64,000 bases of DNA from assembly GCF_001194135.2 (NCBI RefSeq), contig NC_068986.1, forward strand, positions 9,895,234 to 9,959,233, in the 5' to 3' direction. The stretch comes from Octopus bimaculoides. Its lineage: Eukaryota. The notes under the pieces were generated by a model that ran no database searches, had not been told where the DNA came from, and saw only the letters and a program-made list of their open reading frames with translations. How positions within the stretch are numbered: the stretch's first letter is position 1; each line of letters starts with the position of its first letter. Of this stretch, positions 1 through 12,547 are shown one piece after another. The translations under genes were made by a program, and so were the position numbers.

Positions 1-690
1 GCTGTCTTCAATTTTGCAAGAGATCTTGGCTAAACTTGACGGAGACACATCAATGCTGGGCAGCATCTGGTGGTCAGACGAGGTCCATTTCAAGCTCAAT
101 AGCACAATTAACAGACATAATTGTGCCTACCAGGCTGAGGAGAATCCAAGAGTGATGCGTGATCGGGAAGTGGACTTACCTGGTGTGACATTTCGGGCAG
201 CTACATCTTTGTTAGGAATAACCAGCCTCTTTTACTTTGAGGGAGCTGTCACTGGGGAGAAGTACCTGGATATACTACAAACATTGTTTTGGCCCAGGGC
301 ACTGTTATATAAGATAGCACCCCACCTCATTATGGTTGAAAATTTGTCAGTGGCTTGATAAAACTTTCCTGGAAAGTGGTCCGATTGAGTGGCCTGCACA
401 CTCCCCCAGACCTCACACTGGCAGATTTCTTTCTTTGGGGAACCCTTTGTGAAAAGCTTTTTACTATCCAGGAATTGAAAGTTAAAATTACTGAAAAGTT
501 TGAGGAAATTNNNNNNNNNNNNNNNNNNNNNNNNNNNNNNNNNNNNNNNNNNNNNNNNNNNNGTGTGTGTGTGTGTGTGTGTGTGTGTGACTCTGTACCT
601 GCTGGATTGCAATTGTGCATTAACCATGAAGGAAGATACTTTGAACATGGCACACTTCTTGCACACTAATATAAATTGCAAACAATAAAC
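1..690 (+). mobile_element. Decayed Tc1/mariner-superfamily transposase fragment (DDE domain), interrupted by an N gap and (GT)n
   Basis: Translates as WWSDEVHFKLNSTINRHNC..ENP..GVTF.AA...GI..LFYFEGAVTGEKYLDILQ and, in another frame, PPDLTLADFFLWG (SPDL..DFFLWG motif). Frameshifted. Confidence 0.8.
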
Positions 691-1475
691 TGATAGACAG
701 AAAACAATTAGGAGTCAAAAGTATCTCCCAATTGAGAAGTCACACATATCAACCCTAAAACAGGAATTGGGCACAAGTTTTTACTCACCCTGTGTGTGTG
801 TGTGTGAGTGTGTATATATATATATATTTTTTTTTATTGCCCACAAGGGGCTAAACAAGGACAAAGGGATTAAGTTGATTACATTGACCCCAGTGCGTAA
901 CTGGTGCTTAATTTATCAACCCCGAAAGGATGAAAGGCAAAGTCGACCTCTGCAGGATTTGAACTCAGAACGTAGCAGCAGATGAAATACTGCTAAGCAT
1001 TTCGCCCAGCGCGCTAATATTTCTGCCAGCTCGGCGCCTTCTTATATATAATCATCACTAGTGTTGGTGCCATGAATAAAAGCAGCCAATACACTCTGTG
1101 AAGTGGTTGGAATTAGGAAGGGCACTGAGCCATGAAAACCATGTAAAAACTGACATCAGAGCACAATGCATTCCATGGATCTTTTTAATCTTTTAGTGTT
1201 TAATCTGGCCTCTCACACCTACATTATAATATCATTCTAGAAAGAGACCATCTCAAAGCTACAAGGTAATTCATGATTAATATGAAACAATGTGAAAAAA
1301 AATAAATAAACATTACATTTGGCAGAGAAAAATGAATGGCTAAAGGTTAAACCATCCAATTGATGCCAAACAGGGAACGTAGGCCTATGATGATGATGAT
1401 GATGTCTGTAGAGTATTGTTGAGAAAAAAGAAAAAAAGACATTATTTATGACCATTTTTGTTTTTTTAATTACAG

Positions 1476-1538
1476 GTCAAGCTAGGAAAGTGTTTGTAGC
1501 ACAGGAGGGTGAATTCATGAAAGCGGAAACTAAAGTTG
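1476..1538 (+). CDS. SCPEP1: Serine carboxypeptidase (SCPEP1-like, S10 family) internal exon; earlier exons lie upstream of the window
   Basis: ttttttaattacag|...AAAGTTG|gtaaga; 63 nt, phase 1-1. Encodes GQARKVFVAQEGEFMKAETKV, resembling SCPEP1 GQATNVFVNMEEDFMKPVISI. Confidence 0.85.
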
Positions 1539-2266
1539 GTAAGAAACTCTTGGAAATGTTGTCATTTGAATGTATTTCACGTCTGCTTTGCACTGGACAG
1601 GTATATTTCCATTCTCATCTTGATTATTTCATCCACAATATGCAAACATCTTCACAGACCACACACCAACAGAAAATTGTAACCTTGCACATATAATAGC
1701 CATTTGTATACTCATTAAACAATGCTGAATATAACGCTTGTGTCCAGAAAATTTGCTTTAAACATTTTTTACAATGGGAAAATTTGTCACCCTAAAAGGG
1801 GCACAAAAGCAGACTGTAAACTAGAAAACTCATTTTAAAGAAACTACTATTCTCTAATTGGTAGGTTAATTGAGGAATTTGCCATTTTAAGAAAACTCAT
1901 CTTTTTATTTTTTTTCTTCAGTTTTTTTTTATGGCAAACTACAGCAAAAATGTTTACAGTGAAATTTCATCTAATGATATTTCTGAACCGAGCCTTATCA
2001 GTTTGTATCCACAGTTGTTCAATTTACTGAAATATATTTCAGGTTGTGGAACTGTGGTTAACCCCCCCTTTTTTTTTTACCCATGGACCCCTTTGATTTC
2101 TATTTTATTTGGATGGATCTTCATTGCCATTTGATGATTAAAAAAACATATTTTCAACATATGATGAAAGTCAACAAAGTTTGCTTTAGAAGTGTTGAGA
2201 TGTATAAAGATACAGAAATAATTTTCTCAAATGCATGATAATGCTAACACAAGAGCATAAACAGGG

Positions 2267-2397
2267 TAAATTATCCATATATTGCAGAAAAATTTGTTAC
2301 TGGCCAGCCATAAGACTTGAACTCACATCCCAGGGATGTGAGTTTGAGTCTCATGGCTGGCCAGTAACAATTTTTTCTGCAATATATGGATAATTTA
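2267..2397. repeat. Near-perfect 131-bp palindrome (65-bp arms, 1-nt centre) in an SCPEP1 intron
   Basis: 2267-2331 is the reverse complement of 2333-2397 with a few mismatches; centre CCC-A-GGG. Confidence 0.9.
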
Positions 2398-4156
2398 TCT
2401 TTCAATCATTATCATCATCGTTAACGTCCGCTTTCCATGGATTGGACAGTTTGACAAGCCAGAAGGCTGCACCAGTCACCAATCTGGCAGTTTCATGCCC
2501 TTCCTAGCGCCAACCACTCCAAGAGTGTAGTGGGTGCTTTTACGTGCCATCAGCCACGCTCAAATGATGCTTTTTACGTGCCGCCTGCACAGGTGCCAGT
2601 CTGGTGGCACTGGCAACGACCATGCTTGAATGTTACTTTTTATGTGCCACTGGCACGGGTGCCAATCAGGCGGTACTGTCATCCTCAACAGGTCTTCGCA
2701 AGCATACTTTGTCAGCAATTGCTGGTTTCCAGTGCTCTCTGGACACATTCTTTCACAGATAAGGAACTGCATATTAATGAAAAAATAGTTGTGGTTGTTA
2801 CTGGTGTCATGTAAGTGGCACCCATTACACTGTTGGAGTGGTTGGCATTAGGAAGGGCATCCAGCCATAGAAACCATGCCAGCATGGAAAGTGGATGTTG
2901 AATGATGATGATGCAGAATTGTATTTTTAAAAAAATTATTAATAATATTTTGTGTTGTAGAAATATAACCAAATTATTGCACACAAATTTTAACAATAAT
3001 AATCTTATATGGACCTTTATCAAAATCTGCTTAGTTACTTGGGATTTCCTTTAGAACCTGAAGTTGGCAGATATAAATCCCTGAAGTGTATTAGTTTTGA
3101 TCTTGAAATTGGTAGAAGCACCAAGAGTTCTATTTCCGATACATTCTAAAAAAACAGACGAGATAAACATTAAATATTTATTTTTAAGCACAACTAACTG
3201 AAATGCCAGTTAATTCGGGTGTGAAGCCATGGTGCCATTGCTGCACTCTCTGTCCGGGGCAACTTGTTAAGCAGAATCCCAGTCTGTCCCCATCTCTGCG
3301 AGATAACCTCCTCATCTGCTGTGACCATATATGGCATGTGATGAGCCAACAACCCAGCTGGATCCTCAGTGAAGAGGGCCCAACTGCTGGATTAATTTTG
3401 ATAACGGCAGTAAATTCAAACCCAATTGGATGGAGAGGGGTCAGTACATACCATTGGCATGCACTGAATTTAGTTTCGACTTAGAACCAGCCTTACAAAT
3501 TTGTGATTTTGTGCTTATGTAAAAACAGCTGTAATAAACATCTCAAATCTTGGCACAAGGCCAGCAATTTAGGGGAGGGGGTAAGGAGAGTAGCCTGCTG
3601 GACTAAGCCTCTTCATTTTCAAACAGCCATTTATTCTAAGTTACATTAGTGATTAATGTTACAGGGTTTAATTTATTATTATCAGGATTTTTAACGTCCC
3701 CCCCCCACTCCATAGAAAAAATAATAGCAATAGAAGCAGTATGAACACCAAAAGGTAATATTTATCATTTAAAGGGGAGGGGGATGTTGTGTAAGGATAC
3801 AGAATACTGTGATTGGTTACCATGAGAGACAGAGAATCTCTTATCTTGGCCTTTGGTGCATATAAGCACTCATGTTCATAGAGATGGCAGGAGATAATCA
3901 TCTGCCATTGCCACTGCTGGAACTAGCAGGTGATGTGACTTCAGCTTTCCTTGGCCTTGTCAATGGAAGACACCTGAAGCAAGAGATAGCAGTGACAGAC
4001 ACAGAATCTTGGTGTCTATTCAGCCACTGGCATTGCAAATAGCCACTGGACTTAATAGTAAATAGCGACAGAAGCAGGATTAATACCAAAAAGTAATCTT
4101 TATCTCCGTCTTTTAAAAGTGGAGATATTGTGTTAGAACTCTTCTTTTTGTTTCTA

Positions 4157-4205
4157 TTAGGTTGGTGCATAATTGATGATTGTTTTATATCATGCACCAA
4201 CCCAA
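4157..4205. mobile_element. 49-bp mariner-type mini-MITE (MADE1-like ends)
   Basis: TA|TTAGGTTGGTGCA ... TGCACCAACCCAA|TG; the ends match the Hsmar1/MADE1-type TIR. Confidence 0.6.
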
Positions 4206-4759
4206 TGGAAGAAACCACGTCTTTTAACATAGCTAGGACAACATTCCATCAACTAGTTCTTCCCTGGAAGGTCTGAAGATATTTCAACCCCAAACATTCA
4301 TTGATAAACATTAGACAGTATTGTTACTGCACAGACAGACATCCCAGAAAATGTATTGTAGATAACCACCACCAGACTGATCTGCCATAAAGTCACAGCT
4401 AATCTCCAGCTGCCTCTGGGGCCCACAAGTGCGCCGTGGATTTTCTACTGCTACTATGATTGCCTCTGTTCCTCCTCCTATCACCCATGTCGTGTCTCCC
4501 TCCTTTCCTGCAAGTGCTAAAGGTTCCACAGGAACTTTAATGCCATCAGTCTCACATATGTATGAGACTTGCAAATGTGTGGAGGTTCCCTGCTGAGATC
4601 ATTGGCACTGCATGCATTCCCATCACTAACTTACAACAGAAACCAATTCCAATAATTTAATACTAAGTGTTAGGTGCCCTGTAATCAGTTGGCTATCAAT
4701 TTTGAACCCAACCATTTTCATCTGAAACTGATGTTATACTGTGGATTTGTTTGACATAG

Positions 4760-4837
4760 TTAATGAGCTGATCCGTTCGAGCAACCTAAAAGTCGTAGTT
4801 TACAGTGGACAACTGGATCTTATTGTAGCAACTCTAG
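4760..4837 (+). CDS. SCPEP1: SCPEP1-like exon containing the catalytic Asp
   Basis: gacatag|TTAATGAG...ACTCTAG|gtgagt; 78 nt, phase 1-1. Encodes VNELIRSSNLKVVVYSGQLDLIVATLG (VxVYxGQLDLIV motif). Confidence 0.92.
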
Positions 4838-6640
4838 GTGAGTAGAACTTGTTTCATTATTCATCCTGTTTATTGTAATGTTTACCATAATCAGATCACA
4901 CATGTACGGGAGGAGGTGGTGGAGGAGTTTTTGATTCTTTATTTCAAAATATATTTTGTCATTACACTTTACAAAAACCCATTTAAAAAAGAAAAAAAAA
5001 AAAAAATTGGATGCCACACTGAAATTTGCTTTTAACTTTGACCAAAGAAAAGTTATCTGTAACCTTTACTCTTCCATACTGGCATTGTTTGGATGCTTTG
5101 ACAGAGCCAAGATAATTGTACTGAATGCCAATGTCTGCTTTGGAATGGTTTCTGTGGTTGGATGCCCTTTGTAATACCAACCACTTCACAGAGTGCATTG
5201 GGTGCTCTTTGTGGTACCAGCAGTTGCAAGGTTACCAAGACGAGACCCCTTGATTGGGGGGGGGGAGGCGTATTGAGGGGAAGTTACTTTGTTNNNNNNN
5301 NNNNNNNNNNNNNNNNNNNNNNNNNNNNNNNNNNNNNNNNNNNNNNNNNNNNNNNNNNNNNNNNNNNNNNNNNNNNNNNNNNNNNNNNNNNNNNNNNNNN
5401 NNNNNNNNNNNNNNNNNNNNNNNNNNNNNNNNNNNNNNNNNNNNNNNNNNNNNNNNNNNNNNNNNNNNNNNNNNNNNNNNNNNNNNNNNNNNNNNNNNNN
5501 NNNNNNNNNNNNNNNNNNNNNNNNNNNNNNNNNNNNNNNNNNNNNNNNNNNNNNNNNNNNNNNNNNNNNNNNNNNNNNNNNNNNNNNNNNNNNNNNNNNN
5601 NNNNNNNNNNNNNNNNNNNNNNNNNNNNNNNNNNNNNNNNNNNNNNNNNNNNNNNNNNNNNNNNNNNNNNNNNNNNNNNNNNNNNNNNNNNNNNNNNNNN
5701 NNNNNNNNNNNNNNNNNNNNNNNNNNNNNNNNNNNNNNNNNNNNNNNNNNNNNNNNNNNNNNNNNNNNNNNNNNNNNNNNNNNNNNNNNNNNNNNNNNNN
5801 NNNNNNNNNNNNNNNNNNNNNNNNNNNNNNNNNNNNNNNNNNNNNNNNNNNNNNNNNNNNNNNNNNNNNNNNNNNNNNNNNNNNNNNNNNNNNNNNNNNN
5901 NNNNNNNNNNNNNNNNNNNNNNNNNNNNNNNNNNNNNNNNNNNNNNNNNNNNNNNNNNNNNNNNNNNNNNNNNNNNNNNNNNNNNNNNNNNNNNNNNNNN
6001 NNNNNNNNNNNNNNNNNNNNNNNNNNNNNNNNNNNNNNNNNNNNNNNNNNNNNNNNNNNNNNNNNNNNNNNNNNNNNNNNNNNNNNNNNNNNNNNNNNNN
6101 NNNNNNNNNNNNNNNNNNNNNNNNNNNNNNNNNNNNNNNNNNNNNNNNNNNNNNNNNNNNNNNNNNNNNNNNNNNNNNNNNNNNNNNNNNNNNNNNNNNN
6201 NNNNNNNNNNNNACCTTCTCCATGTGGCATCTTAGGTAAGTGTTTTATATAGAAGCCAAAGTTTTGAATGAATTTGATAGATGGAAACTGAAAGAAACTC
6301 AGTTTATGTAGTGTGTGTGTGTTTTTATCCTTACCTTGACAATAGTTGTAAATAAGTGGTGTCATTTTCCATTTTCTGTAAAAACACATTCAGCCTGGAA
6401 ACAGGAATGATGAGGACTACAATTACATTACCAATATCCTTCAGAGTGAACAGTTTTCATGTCTACCCAGCAACATTACTATAGAAAACTTTATATTAAA
6501 GCTCAATATCACATTAAATTGAACTAAAACAGTTATTTAGCAACTGTTAAATGAATGAGTGAAATCCATTAATATTAAACCAATATTTGTGTTGTTGTGC
6601 CAAAGCTAGAGACAATATTTAATTGAAATTCTTCAAACAG

Positions 6641-6795
6641 GTACTGAAAAATGGGTGGCGGATCTGGACATTTCCATGGCCTTTAAAAACACCAAAAGAA
6701 GAATTCTTGTTGATCCAATCACACAAACTGTTATGGGATATAAAAGAAGCCTAAAAAATTTCTCATTCTACTGGATATTAAATGCAGGTCACATG
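6641..6795 (+). CDS. SCPEP1: SCPEP1-like exon containing the catalytic His
   Basis: cttcaaacag|GTACTG...CACATG|gtaaat; 155 nt, phase 1-0. Encodes GTEKWVADLDISMAFKNTKRRILVDPITQTVMGYKRSLKNFSFYWILNAGHM (FYWILxAGHM motif). Confidence 0.95.
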
Positions 6796-7154
6796 GTAAA
6801 TATTTACTTTTGTTTTTCATTGTATTTTGGGGTTTAAACATCACAATAAATTGATTACACACAAAATACAAATACAGCAAAATAGACTTCTATTGGTTTA
6901 TTTACTTTTGTTTTCATACAAATGAATGCAGTGTAGTAGTAATAGTAGTAGTACACTTGAAAGGCAGGGAACAATCCAGATGGGTGACCATTTTGTAATT
7001 CATCGAAAGTATAGACATCAACATTTAGTTTTGTTTCAGCCAAATAATATGGTAGTTAGTGGGGTCCATTGATTAAAGTAAAGCCATTTTAATTAGCAGC
7101 AGCAGCTCTTGCACAATTAAAAACCAATTCCGTTTTCTATTTTTTCTCTTGTAG

Positions 7155-7211
7155 ATTCCATCAGATAATCCAACTGGTGCATTGCAAATGGTCAAATTAA
7201 TTTTAGCTTGA
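7155..7211 (+). CDS. SCPEP1: SCPEP1-like last coding exon
   Basis: tttttctcttgtag|ATT CCA TCA GAT...GCT TGA. Encodes IPSDNPTGALQMVKLILA*, resembling SCPEP1 VPSDQGDMALKMMRLV. Confidence 0.92.
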   Translation: MPSDNPTGALQMVKLILA

Positions 7212-7325
7212 GCTTAACAGAAATGCCAACCCTAACAAGTCATCAAGACAGTCACTTCCAGGACCGGAGTATTTCGGAAGCGTCTGAAACTGACTTTGTT
7301 CTCCAGTGAAAACATAATTGCCACA

Positions 7326-7331
7326 AATAAA
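7326..7331 (+). terminator. Candidate poly(A) signal for SCPEP1-like gene
   Basis: First AATAAA about 115 nt after the stop codon; other AATAAA hexamers occur further downstream. Confidence 0.3.
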
Positions 7332-10300
7332 TGCTTCAAAGATTTTTTTTTCTTCTTTGCTTTAATTAACAAAAATAGAATTCTTGTTTCTTTTAATTGC
7401 GAAACAGACCACCAGCAAGGACATTAAAATCATTATAGATTCAAAAACACTAGAAATATTCTTAAATTACAAAAAAACCCAAAACAACTTTCCTCAACTA
7501 TTAGAATCCATAGCACTAAGTTCCTCGGTCTGGAGACAATAATACACTCCCAAAATAGATCTTTAGAAATTTTCAGGTACAAAATGACTTATTTCGAAAT
7601 GAAAACAAATTCTTCCCAAATTTAAGTGCCAAATAAATGAACAGATAAACCAAATATTTAACATAAGAGTTGTGAAATACTGTCAATTCTCTCATTTAGC
7701 ACTTCAGGCCACCAAATTCATAAGAGAGATGTTTGCTGATGTAGGAAAGAAATTTCATCCAATTAAATCACAAACTATTGATAATGGCAGTAAATAGGAT
7801 AACGAGTGGCAAATGTTCCAAGAGAAGAAAATCAAAATTGTAATCAATATAAATTGTCTCTTGGAAAGAGGCACCAAATAAAACTTGTTCAACCCATGGG
7901 CTGATGTACCTTAAATGCTGGAATGCCATAACGTTATGAGGATTTCAATAAAAGTGAAAGCCTTACACAGCAAAGCATTTGCAGTCGAGGCAGACCCAGT
8001 TTGGTTGGTTTAAAAGATTTTTATATAAGTGTGTGTGTGTGTGTGTGTGTGTCCGCGCGCGCGCGCCCCGTAAAGAATCTGTTAGCAGTGGACACAGTAG
8101 TGACAAACTTGAGAATTGATGACGATTATGATTTCCTCTAAAACTCGGTAGTCTCTGAATTTCAAAGTGGAAAAAATAATTTACAAGATTCCAAGAAAAC
8201 AAAAAAACTATATATGAACACAAAAGAGAGAGTCAATAAGGGAGAGCAGAGAGATTGTGACAGGTTTAGAAATCCTATCATTTAATGTCTGTTGTCCATG
8301 CTGGCTAGCTGAGGGGCTGCACCAGACTCCACTCTGATTTGGCATGGCCTTCTATGGCTGGATACCCCTTCCTAATGCCAACAGGGGCTTTTATGTGCCA
8401 CTGGCATGGGTGCCAGTTGGGCGACACCAGTATCTGCCATGGCTATGATTTCACTTGGCTTGATGCGTCTTCTCAAGCACAGCATATTGACAAAGATCTT
8501 GGTCATTTGTCATTGCCTCCGTGAAGCCCAACGCTCAAAAGGTGCTTTTTATGTGCCATTGGCACTGGTGCCAGTTACACAACACTGGCCACATTGCCTC
8601 TGTGAGGCTTTAATATAGTAATTAATCCAAGGTTCTGCCTTGTCTGGCAGTCATTAAAAGAGATAATTACAGAGAGCAAAAGAGTAAGAAAAGGTAAGAG
8701 TGTGAAAATATAAAATGATGCAACAATATGTAAAGAGTGAACAATTTTATCTTTTACTTATTTCAATCATTTGGCTGTGGCCCTGCCTTGAATTTTTAGT
8801 TGAATGATTCAACCCCAGTATTTTTTATTTTTGTTGAAAGCCCTGGTTCTTATTCTAGTGGTTTCTTGCCAAACTGCAAAGTTATGGAGGATGTAAACAC
8901 ACCAACACTGGTTGTCAAGTGGTCTTGGGGGGACAAAAACAGACACACAAACACACGGGAAGCTTCTTTCAGTTTCTGTCTACCAAATCCATTCACAAGG
9001 TCAATAAGTAGATGACACTTGATCAAAGGTACCACATAGTTGGACTAAATCTGATACCATGTGGTTGCGAAACAAAGCCACACTCGCCCCCCCCCCCATA
9101 TGTAGCCAGTCCAGCAAATCCCTCCCCTTTTCCCAATTCATCATTAACAAATCCGAAACAAGAATTTGTGTGTGTATACTCACACACAAACAGAAGAGAT
9201 ATTTCCATCACAAACAACAGACAAGTGTGAAAACCATCAACTAACAATCTCTATAAGACATGGAACCATTTGGTCAGACCAAGACTTTTTACTGTCCACT
9301 TCTGCCCTGTTTTCCAGTTGACCAAACCATTTAGAAGAACCTACTAAAAGTGCTACTTTTATCCAACAAACAATCCAAAAAAAAACCCCNNNNNNNNNNN
9401 NNNNNNNNNNNNNNNNNNNNNNNNNNNNNNNNNNNNNNNNNNNNNNNNNNNNNNNNNNNNNNNNNNNNNNNNNNNNNNNNNNNNNNNNNNNNNNNNNNNN
9501 NNNNNNNNNNNNNNNNNNNNNNNNNNNNNNNNNNNNNNNNNNNNNNNNNNNNNNNNNNNNNNNNNNNNNNNNNNNNNNNNNNNNNNNNNNNNNNNNNNNN
9601 NNNNNNNNNNNNNNNNNNNNNNNNNNNNNNNNNNNNNNNNNNNNNNNNNNNNNNNNNNNNNNNNNNNNNNNNNNNNNNNNNNNNNNNNNNNNNNNNNNNN
9701 NNNNNNNNNNNNNNNNNNNNNNNNNNNNNNNNNNNNNNNNNNNNNNNNNNNNNNNNNNNNNNNNNNNNNNNNNNNNNNNNNNNNNNNNNNNNNNNNNNNN
9801 NNNNNNNNNNNNNNNNNNNNNNNNNNNNNNNNNNNNNNNNNNNNNNNNNNNNNNNNNNNNNNNNNNNNNNNNNNNNNNNNNNNNNNNNNNNNNNNNNNNN
9901 NNNNNNNNNGATATTCCAAAGACTGACCATTTGTGATATTTGTTGCTGTTGTTGTTGTAGTTGTTGTTCCAATTATTTAAAAAGAGTTTTTAAAAATGGT
10001 ACTCACCCCCAACCATTTTCAAAGACTTTGGACTCTGTAGCAAAACATGATTATCATAAAGTTAGAAAGCATCCCATTAACTGGTCATCTTAAATACTTT
10101 CAGAATTAAAAGAGATTAAATCAGAATCTTATATCTAAAATACCATTTGGAAAATTTATTTATTTATTTTTTTTTTTTACAATTAATATTTACTGAAATT
10201 ATAAATTTTTAAAATTCTGAAACAACTTGTCTAAATAATTATTTTAAAAATTATTTCCAAGAGTAAAAGAAAATGGTTTGAGAGGAAGAGAAGGACAAAG

Positions 10301-12209
10301 AAAGTAGAGGGAGTCACCAACTGTCCAACAGTGTGGAAAGTTGGGGGCAGGTTAAACCAGCCCAACAACATTTTGTTGTGACCTAGCCTACTTGCCTGCT
10401 AAATATGATAGACTGTCCATCATTGAAGCACCAGGCCACTCTCTCCCAAAACCTAATCTGGAAGATAGGAACTACGGATAAGTAGCTGGAAACTCCAGAT
10501 GTCAGCTTCTTGATTTCTTTTCAACCAATTCACTCACTTTAAACAAAGGGGAGTGGAAAATACAAAAGAAAAGAAAAAAAGAAAAAAAAAAAAGGCTTAG
10601 CATTTAGCTTTGCATTAGAGAAATTTAAAACCTTAATTTAATTTTCACGCTAGATGAAAAACAAAAATAATGAAAATTTGTAGTTAACTAAAAAGACATT
10701 GACAAGAACAAATGTAACACTAAAATTATGCAACCTGTATCCAAATCCTCTAAATAACCTTAAAGACAATTCTCTTTTATGCCTAGACAACTGTTGTTCA
10801 AAATAGGATCTCTAGCACAACATTTGAAATCACATTGAAATTCCTCTCAAACTTATGAAGCTGTTTGTTGCATGCAAATAAAAATTGAAAATATATTTTA
10901 TGCAAGCCTTTACTTATCCACTTTAATGTATCGCATTAACTGAATCATCTACAATATGTCCAGCCATTTACATCAGTAGCGACGATTCGACAGGTTCCAA
11001 AGTTTCATTGGGAGAAACTGATTTGGACTTAAAGAAAATAACCCTTTTGACAACACCTCAAGTTTTGTGGGAGGGGCTAAACTGATTATGTGAACCCCAA
11101 TGCTTAAACCGTTACTTATTTTATTGACCCCAATGGAATGAAACACAAAGTCGACCTTGGCGAAATTTGAACTCAAAATCTGGAGACAGATGAAAAGCGT
11201 GTTAACAATTCTGCCAGGTCACCTTAAAAGATAACAACATCAAAAAAACAAGAAAAGCAACTATTAACCATTTCGGAAAAACTTCAGATAAAAGCAGAAG
11301 GTCAATATCTGGAATTTTAGTTTTTGAAATGATTTCTAAGACTGACAGAAGTCCAAAGAGAGGCAACCAATTTTTAGACAGAAGCAAGATATGAACTTTT
11401 TCAATGCAGGGAACAAAAATATTTTGCCTAATCAGCTCAGATATCAGTGTCCATATGGAATTATTATTATTATTCAGGTCACTGCCTGGAATTGAACTCG
11501 GAATCTTGGGGTAAAATAATGGAGTGAATTTTAGGGCTTATAAATCCAATATTTTCCTATCCTTCTTTAATGCTGGTTCCCATATGCTACTCATATTTGC
11601 ACTCGGCCTGCTTAGGAGGTTGTGTCCTAGCATATGTGCTGCTTCTTTTTAGTTTTCGTATTTTCCAGTGATGTTCTCAGTCGATAAGAATAATAATTCA
11701 TATGGAATTGTTTAGAAAAACAAAATTTATGTTAAAAAAAAAAAAAAATCCAAGAAAATTTGAAATCCCTTTTCTTGAGCAGCTTGATATANNNNNNNNN
11801 NNNNNNNNNNNNNNNNNNNNNNNNNNNNNNNNNNNNNNNNNNNNNNNNNNNNNNNNNNNNNNNNNNNNNNNNNNNNNNNNNNNNNNNNNNNNNNNNNNNN
11901 NNNNNNNNNNNNNNNNNNNNNNNNNNNNNNNNNNNNNNNNNNNNNNNNNNNNNNNNNNNNNNNNNNNNNNNNNNNNNNNNNNNNNNNNNNNNNNNNNNNN
12001 NNNNNNNNNNNNNNNNNNNNNNNNNNNNNNNNNNNNNNNNNNNNNNNNNNNNNNNNNNNNNNNNNNNNNNNNNNNNNNNNNNNNNNNNNNNNNNNNNNNN
12101 NNNNNNNNNNNNNNNNNNNNNNNNNNNNNNNNNGAAGTTGAAAAAATGGATGTAATTAAGATATTCTGTTGGTCTGATGATCTTGCCTTCTATATTTGCA
12201 TTGGTCTGT

Positions 12210-12547
12210 AAAATGTACAGGCTCCCGTGCCAGTGGCACATGAAAAGCACTATCTGAATGTGGCCAATACCACTGCCCCCTGACTGGCTCCCATGCTGGT
12301 GGCACGCAAAAAGCACTCTCCGAACGTGGCCGATGCCATCGCCTCCTGACTGTCTCCGATGCTGGTGGCACGTAAAATGCACCCACTACACTCTCGGAGT
12401 GGTTGGCATTAGGAAGGGCATCCAGCTGTAGAAACGCTGCCAGATCATATTGGAGCCTGGCACAGCCTCCTGGCTTGCCAGTCCTCAAACTGTCCAACCC
12501 ATGCCAGCATGGAAAACGGATGTTAAACAATGATGATGATGATGATG
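12210..12547 (+). mobile_element. RTE LINE 3'-UTR fragment (representative of a very abundant family ending in (GAT)n)
   Basis: Matches the 3' end of the RTE at 26255-26860 (GTGGTTGGCATTAGGAAGGGCATCCAGCTGTAGAAAC...CATGCCAGCATGGAAAACGGATGTTAAAC(GAT)n). Similar copies in both orientations near 2410, 2815, 5060, 8280, 14720, 19900, 20810, 21090, 24915, 28880, 32430, 33580, 36480, 38870, 39940, 42160, 53070 and 56630-57330. Confidence 0.8.

Noticed and set aside
3890-4640. GC-richer block with short ORFs (FKSGDIVL resembles an LTR integrase C-terminus)
   Set aside because: Multiple stops and no second diagnostic motif; could not assign to a family.
5162-6389. Long ORFs of 300+ aa in the track (also at 9.3-10.1, 11.7-12.4, 15.6-16.5, 18.4-19.1 and 56.2-56.5 kb)
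   Set aside because: Composed of X from N gaps; not real coding sequence.
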